Shown one piece after another: positions 50,011-55,260 of a stretch of DNA of 55,260 nucleotides; within the stretch, counting starts at the first letter, position 1; every line of letters starts with the position of its first letter. The stretch lies in assembly GCA_046861395.1 (NCBI GenBank), contig JBHHUC010000009.1, positions 1-55,260 on the forward strand, read 5' to 3'. The notes under the pieces were generated by a model, which made no database searches, was not told the DNA's origin, and saw only the letters and a program-made list of their open reading frames with translations. This stretch comes from Fidelibacterota bacterium (GTDB lineage: Bacteria > Fidelibacterota > Marinisomatia > Marinisomatales > JABMOV01). The position numbers and the translations under genes were made by a program.

Positions 50011-50385
50011 TTATTTTTTCTGCAGTAGAATACCCATTCCCCAGGTAATCGGTAACATCATAAGATAAGTAATGCCAATATCCTGAATATATTCTCCCAG
50101 ACTCATTTGCATTGGGCTGGGGGATAACATCACCAGCGCATCGATGAACCAGTTTACGCCCATGAAAAGTATCCCCAGCAGGAGACCTTCCCAGGCAAAG
50201 TCAGAAGATACTAGCTCAAAGTATTTGACACTGAAAAATACCGTCGCCAAAGAGATAACAACGGGCATAATTGCTTCAAATAAAGGACGGTTACTTTCGT
50301 GGAAGGGAAAAATTAGGAATGAAGCGATAAACGCCGTGAGCCAAATGAGGAATCCAAAAAGTATTCCTTTCTTTAGAGAGACCAT
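50011..50385 (-). CDS. Hypothetical 4-TM membrane protein
   Basis: GGAGGT RBS before ATG 50385 and four hydrophobic segments. Confidence 0.7.
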   Translation of the reverse strand: MVSLKKGILFGFLIWLTAFIASFLIFPFHESNRPLFEAIMPVVISLATVFFSVKYFELVSSDFAWEGLLLGILFMGVNWFIDALVMLSPSPMQMSLGEYIQDIGITYLMMLPITWGMGILLQKK

Positions 50386-50633
50386 ACAACCTCCCGGATT
50401 TATGTTGGTTGCATAAAATATACAAAATATTCTTATACCGGTATAAAAATTTCCATATTGCACAGTTGCAATTATAATATTCAAGTGAAATGGAGATTTC
50501 ATCCAATGGGCGGAAACATTGGTGGAGGCGTCAAAATAATCATTAATGGTTTGAATAAAATAAAAACTACATTCGGTTCAAGTGATCCCCAGGAATTAAT
50601 TTCAACCTTCCATCACACATAATCAGGGGTAGT

Positions 50634-52448
50634 ATGTCCATCATATTCATTTTTTCCATTTTACTGACACTTGGTTTCAGTCAGGATATTTCCATTGAAA
50701 AGATTCACACCGAATTTCTGGCATCTCGCGATACGAACCGCTTATTGTTCATTGCCCACCCGGATGATTCTTCGGAAATCAATCTGAACCAGTTTCGCTT
50801 CGGAGCCTGGGTCCGGGATACAACGGCCACCGTAACGGTTCAGGGACGTTCGGTAAAGATCTGGCCCAGTGGAGCAGTGGCCGACTGGATTGAATTGGAT
50901 GAAGGTTGGAATACCGTACCATTTGTCGTTCGCACATCGAATCAGAAGGAGGAAACAACCCTTCATCTATATCGCAGACCCGGACTGAAGCAACCAAACA
51001 CCACACCGGCCAAAATTCTTGATACCTTGATGATCCCCGCGGGAAATCAATTGCTGTTGGGAGAAAATTTGCTGACCGTGAGTTTCCGCGGCAGTCCCGA
51101 AGGAAGTGCCACCTGCTTTATCAAGGGTTTGACACCCCAACCGATGCCTTTGGCGGAAGTTTCACCCGGAAAATATTCGACCACGTTACGAGTGCCGGGA
51201 GGGAAAGCATTGACAAACCGCAAGATAAAATTCCGTCTGAAGGACAGCCGGGGTCATTCCGATAAGGCGGTTGCTCCGGGGAAAGTGACGATACTCCCGG
51301 GCCTTCAGCCGCGTGTCGTACGGACCAATGAAGATCATACGTTGGTATATTTTACTCCGGGTGGTGAAATTTTTCTGGATCTTCAAGCCGGTATTTCGTT
51401 AGAGCTGAAAGAGGAATACCAGGGCTGGTGCCGGGTGTTGGTCGATGAAAAACACAGTGCCTACGTGGAAAAATCATCCCTGGACTATCTACCGGCGGGA
51501 GAATCGTTGCCAAAATCCTTATTGTACGGCATGTCATCATCCGAAGATGAGAACTGGGTATATTTCTCCTTTCGCACATCCGGTCCCGTACCCTATGATA
51601 TCCTTCATCATCTGGCGCCGAACCGGGTGACAGTGCGTTTGTTCAGGGCTCATTTCCAGGATGAATGGTCAGTATATCCGGAATCGAATACGGTGATGGA
51701 ATACCTGGACTGGGTCCAGGAAACCGATGAGACCTTACGCCTGGATTTTGTCCTGCAGCACGAACAGTCCTGGGGCTATAAGACTTATTTTTCCGGAAAT
51801 CGTTTAGTGGTGGCGTTGCGTAAACCTCCCGTAATACAAGTGGATCGTCCTTTTGCCGGGTTACGGATTGCCCTGGATGCGGGTCATGGTGGCGAACACA
51901 AGGGAGCCATGGGAGCAACCGGATTACTGGAGAAAAATGTAAATCTGGTGTATACTTATTATGTGAAAGGTATCCTGGAGCAGGAAGGAGCCACGGTTAT
52001 TCTGACTCGTCCCGATGACCGGACCATGGGTTTGCGGGAACGGATGGACATCGCTGAAGCGGAAGAGGCCCAGCTTTTCCTGTGGCTGCATAATAATTCC
52101 ACCGGACTGTCCCGTCATCCGGAAGATCTTCGCGGGACGAGTACCTATTACACATCTTTGCAGGGATTATCATTCGCGCGGGCCATTTATCCTCATCTGA
52201 AAGCTTTGGGGCTGGAGGCGGAAGGTCTGGTACATCGTTCCTATTTCATGACTCGTCAGACGGCCATGCCGGTCATCCTGGTGGAGGGGGCGTTTCTGTC
52301 ACATCCGGAGGATGAGATGTTCTTGCTGCAGGATGAAAATCTGAAGCATCTGGCTCAGGCCGTGGTTAATGGGCTACGGGACAGGTTGGTGGCCCTTAGC
52401 CGGGAATCATTCCAGGAGCCGCATTCGGTCAGCCCCATGGACCGATAA
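50634..52448 (+). CDS. N-acetylmuramoyl-L-alanine amidase (Amidase_3) with N-terminal accessory domains
   Basis: Signal peptide; IALDAGHGG, EKNVNL, LTR, LHNNS, LVEGAF. Confidence 0.88.
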   Translation: MSIIFIFSILLTLGFSQDISIEKIHTEFLASRDTNRLLFIAHPDDSSEINLNQFRFGAWVRDTTATVTVQGRSVKIWPSGAVADWIELDEGWNTVPFVVRTSNQKEETTLHLYRRPGLKQPNTTPAKILDTLMIPAGNQLLLGENLLTVSFRGSPEGSATCFIKGLTPQPMPLAEVSPGKYSTTLRVPGGKALTNRKIKFRLKDSRGHSDKAVAPGKVTILPGLQPRVVRTNEDHTLVYFTPGGEIFLDLQAGISLELKEEYQGWCRVLVDEKHSAYVEKSSLDYLPAGESLPKSLLYGMSSSEDENWVYFSFRTSGPVPYDILHHLAPNRVTVRLFRAHFQDEWSVYPESNTVMEYLDWVQETDETLRLDFVLQHEQSWGYKTYFSGNRLVVALRKPPVIQVDRPFAGLRIALDAGHGGEHKGAMGATGLLEKNVNLVYTYYVKGILEQEGATVILTRPDDRTMGLRERMDIAEAEEAQLFLWLHNNSTGLSRHPEDLRGTSTYYTSLQGLSFARAIYPHLKALGLEAEGLVHRSYFMTRQTAMPVILVEGAFLSHPEDEMFLLQDENLKHLAQAVVNGLRDRLVALSRESFQEPHSVSPMDR

Positions 52449-52563
52449 TCCGGACTGGAACCTGGGAACCGAACGGTTTGTATCACGTTCTTTTCAACCG
52501 GAAAGAATTTGATTAAAATTCACCCCCAAATTTTAATGCAAAACAAAGGATTAGAGGTATAGC

Positions 52564-54432
52564 ATGGCAAAGCATCAATTTCAAACGGAAGTCAATCAAC
52601 TTCTGCATCTCATTATACACTCTCTGTACTCCCATAAAGAAATCTTTTTGCGTGAGCTGGTATCGAATGCTTCAGATGCTTTAGACAAGATGAAATATCT
52701 GACCTTGACGGATGATGCTTTCAAGTCCCGGAATTTCCAGCCACGGATCGATGTTTCCTTTTCCGAGAGCGATCCCAAACGGATAGAAATTTCCGATAAT
52801 GGTATTGGAATGAATAAAGAGGATCTCATTGAGAATCTCGGTACCATTGCCCGGTCCGGCACCAAATCATTTTTATCTCATCTTTCCGGGGATGCCCAGA
52901 AGGACTCAAATCTGATCGGTCAGTTTGGGGTCGGGTTTTATTCCACCTTCATGGTGGCGGAAAAAGTGGAAGTCGTTTCCCAAAAGGCCGGTGAGGAGGA
53001 GACCTGGCGCTGGACAAGCGACGGGAAGGGTGACTATGAAATCAAGAAGGATGTGCGAAAGGAGAACGGAACAACCGTCATTGTTCATTTGAATGAAAAT
53101 GGGGCGGAGTACGCCAGCCGCTGGCAAATCCAGGACATTATCAAGAAATATTCCAATCATATTGCTTTTCCCATCTTCCTGCATTTCATGGATGTGGAAT
53201 ATGACAAGGAAGGAAAAGAAAAAAGCAAGAAACCAAAGACGGAACAGATTAATGCCGCTTCGGCCTTTTGGAAACGATCCAAGAATGAATTGAAGAAAAA
53301 GGATTATGTGGAATTCTATAAATCCATTTCCAATGATTTTGAGGATCCCCTGCATTATATACATACCCAGGCGGAAGGGACCCTGGATTATACGACCCTG
53401 TTCTATATACCCAAGAAGGCACCCTTCGACCTCTATTATGCTGAATATAAACCAGGCGTGAAACTGTATGTGAAACGCGTCTTTATCACCGATGATGATA
53501 AAGATCTCCTTCCTTCCTGGCTACGGTTTGTGAAAGGGATCATTGATTCGGAAGATCTTCCTTTAAATGTGAGCCGGGAAATCCTGCAGCAGAACCGAAT
53601 CCTGGCCAAGATCAAGACCAATTCCGTTAAGAAAATCATCAGTGAACTGAAGGATATGGCCAAGGATGAGAAGAAATACACTTCCTTCTGGCAGGAATTC
53701 GGCCGACCCATCAAGGAAGGCGTTTATTCCGACCATGAAAACAAGGAGGCGTTGCTGGACCTGATGCGGTTTAAATCCACCAAGACAGAGGGTTTGACCG
53801 GGTTTGCGGATTACACGGAACGGATGGCCACGGACCAGAAGCACATCTATTATATCACCGGTGAAAATGAAGAAGCCCTGCGGAATTCGCCCCTGCTGGA
53901 ATTGTATCGCAACAAGGATCTGGAAGTACTGATCCTGGATGATGAAATCGATGATATCATCATGTCGGCAATCCCGAAGTATAAGGAATGGGATCTGAAA
54001 TCGGTTAATCGCAGTGACGCGGCCGAAGACCTGAAATCCGATGCTGATAAAAAACAGGAAAACAATCTGAAACCCGTTCTCAAGAAGATCAAGAAAGTGC
54101 TGGGGGATAAGGTCAAGGATGTGGTGGCTTCCACTCGCCTGTCGGATTCGCCCTCCTGCATCGTTGCCGATGCCAACGATCCCACGGCCCAGATCCAGGA
54201 AATGATGAAAGCCATGGGACAGGTGATGGGACCGGAAGCGAAACCCATTCTTGAAATCAATCCCAAACATCCGATTGTGAAAAGGCTTACCGGCATGCGA
54301 AAAAGCAAGGCTTTTGATGATACCTGCTGGCTTTTGTATGAACAGGCCCTTCTGATCGAAGGAGTGAAGCTGGATAATCCGGCCGATTTTGTCAAACGGG
54401 TAAACAGTGTCATGGAAAAAGCCCTGGCCTGA
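52564..54432 (+). CDS. htpG: Molecular chaperone HtpG (Hsp90)
   Basis: FQTEV..LL.LIIHSLYS.KEIFLREL.SNASDA, DNGIGM, GTIARSGT, IGQFGVGFYS, DLPLNVSRE.LQ, LEINP.HP. Confidence 0.98.
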   Translation: MAKHQFQTEVNQLLHLIIHSLYSHKEIFLRELVSNASDALDKMKYLTLTDDAFKSRNFQPRIDVSFSESDPKRIEISDNGIGMNKEDLIENLGTIARSGTKSFLSHLSGDAQKDSNLIGQFGVGFYSTFMVAEKVEVVSQKAGEEETWRWTSDGKGDYEIKKDVRKENGTTVIVHLNENGAEYASRWQIQDIIKKYSNHIAFPIFLHFMDVEYDKEGKEKSKKPKTEQINAASAFWKRSKNELKKKDYVEFYKSISNDFEDPLHYIHTQAEGTLDYTTLFYIPKKAPFDLYYAEYKPGVKLYVKRVFITDDDKDLLPSWLRFVKGIIDSEDLPLNVSREILQQNRILAKIKTNSVKKIISELKDMAKDEKKYTSFWQEFGRPIKEGVYSDHENKEALLDLMRFKSTKTEGLTGFADYTERMATDQKHIYYITGENEEALRNSPLLELYRNKDLEVLILDDEIDDIIMSAIPKYKEWDLKSVNRSDAAEDLKSDADKKQENNLKPVLKKIKKVLGDKVKDVVASTRLSDSPSCIVADANDPTAQIQEMMKAMGQVMGPEAKPILEINPKHPIVKRLTGMRKSKAFDDTCWLLYEQALLIEGVKLDNPADFVKRVNSVMEKALA

Positions 54433-54455
54433 GCCGGGATGGTGTAGAAACATCC

Positions 54456-54481
54456 AAAGCCTCTATCCGGAGGCTTTTTTT
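54456..54481 (+). terminator. Intrinsic terminator after htpG, probably bidirectional
   Basis: AAAGCCTC-TATCCG-GAGGC followed by T7, between convergent genes. Confidence 0.85.
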
Positions 54482-54876
54482 ATTGATTAAATCCCGGGTT
54501 GTCCGGTATTAGGCGCTTCCCCAGCGTTACACAATTACTGTCGATATACCCTAGGTGGGTATAAAAATTGAAAACCTCCTGATTGTCATTTCGAACCATG
54601 AGTTGAATTTTCGGGCAACCGACAGCCCTTAACCGTCGTTCAAATTCTTCCCTCAACTGTCGGGCAAATCCCCGACCACGGAATTCCGGCAGCACACCCA
54701 GGTAGTATACCCAACCCCGGTGTCCGTCATAACCTCCCATCCCGCAACCGCACAGGATTTTATTGACCTCCGCGACGATGAAAAGATCGGGCTGGACCTG
54801 TAATTTCCGTTGAATATCAAGATAAGGATCATTCCAGGGGCGCGTGAGTCCACACTGTTGCCACAGCGATATAATA
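54480..54876 (-). pseudogene. ypeA: YpeA-like GNAT acetyltransferase, 5' end cut off by an IS
   Basis: Frame reads IISLWQQCGLTRPWNDPYLDIQRKL...MGGYDGHRGWVYYLGV...GCPKIQL...LGKRL. About 12 N-terminal residues and the start are missing, and the frame meets TGA inside the IS end. Confidence 0.8.
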
Positions 54877-55024
54877 GGGCTCCCTCAAAAAACCGGTTTC
54901 AGGTATTTCATACCATATTGCGGATGAATTCGCAAGTTCAAATCCAATCCAGTTGTTAGCCGTTCATGAAGTTCAACGGCTGTATGAAACAATATCGGCC
55001 GGATTTGGACGGTTTTGGGGTGCA

Positions 55025-55258
55025 TCATGTTGAAAAATAAGAAAAAATATGGTCACGACATACTCCCGCCACATTCATTACAAAAATTACCATTGCAATC
55101 CATGGTTGCCGAAGCTTCAGCGTAGGTAACCAGCTTTCACTGGTTCTTATGGTCTTGGCCATAACGCGTTCTAATCCATACCGTCGTTTGCTTAACTCAA
55201 ACGCTCCTTCAATCCGGTTCCGTTTGACTGATTCCAACTTATGGTGTTTTTTCTCCTG
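55025..55258 (-). CDS. IS5-family transposase C-terminal part (5' partial, possibly degenerate)
   Basis: RNRIEGAF..SKRRYGL.RVMAK...TSESW...IAMVIFVMN; frame is open to the window edge. Confidence 0.8.
   Translation of the reverse strand, partial: QEKKHHKLESVKRNRIEGAFELSKRRYGLERVMAKTIRTSESWLPTLKLRQPWIAMVIFVMNVAGVCRDHIFSYFST
55103..55132. repeat. 30-nt palindromic (REP/RPE-like) element inside the transposase
   Basis: TGGTTGCC-GAAGCTTC-AGCGTA-GGTAACCA; adds LPTLKLRQPW in frame. Confidence 0.55.
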
Positions 55259-55260
55259 CG

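Larger units (their letters stand above)
54877..55260 (-). mobile_element. IS5-family insertion sequence, right end (continues past the window)
   Basis: End GGGCTCCCTCAAAAAA abuts TA exactly where ypeA homology stops; transposase C-terminus lies inside. Confidence 0.75.

Noticed and set aside
52449..52563. CIRCE or sigma32 heat-shock element before htpG
   Set aside because: No TTAGCACTC-N9-GAGTGCTAA and no CTTGAA...CCCCAT match.
53563..54453. 296-aa antisense ORF (and a 187-aa one) opposite htpG
   Set aside because: Fully overlaps a conserved gene, has no recognisable motifs, and is a typical codon-bias shadow ORF.

Overview
Gene-dense bacterial chromosome segment, mostly housekeeping. Gram-negative envelope genes (kdsB, TolC), two DUF5916 proteins, an NTT-HEAT-cNMP protein, corrinoid enzymes and a glycyl radical enzyme suggest an anaerobic or facultative FCB-group organism such as Marinimicrobia/Fidelibacterota; this taxonomy is inference only. 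In order: a partial DUF5916 gene, a 2,4-dienoyl-CoA reductase, a split cobalamin methionine-synthase/methyltransferase module, a PIN-PhoH/DUF5362/NTT-HEAT-cNMP operon, tRNA-Thr(CGT), kdsB-pyrG, a Yip1-TolC-MacAB-type exporter, a second DUF5916 gene, ROK/Nudix/HAD genes, a complete shikimate plus Phe/Tyr cluster, two large PAS sensor kinases, hydroxyproline dehydratase HypD with its activase, hemerythrin, PiT, an amidase, htpG, and an IS5-family end that truncates a ypeA-like gene. The best finding, missed by the ORF track, is a ribosome-mediated transcription attenuator before the aromatic operon. It has a 17-aa leader MIRAYTFYYFKRTWGYS (4 Tyr, 2 Phe, 1 Trp), probably translated from a leaderless mRNA, with alternative protector, antiterminator and terminator helices. 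Other notable items are a methionine-synthase module lacking the folate domain, a 30-nt palindromic in-frame insertion in the transposase, and several short coupled upstream ORFs. All family calls come from motif recognition by eye; no searches or folding programs were run.
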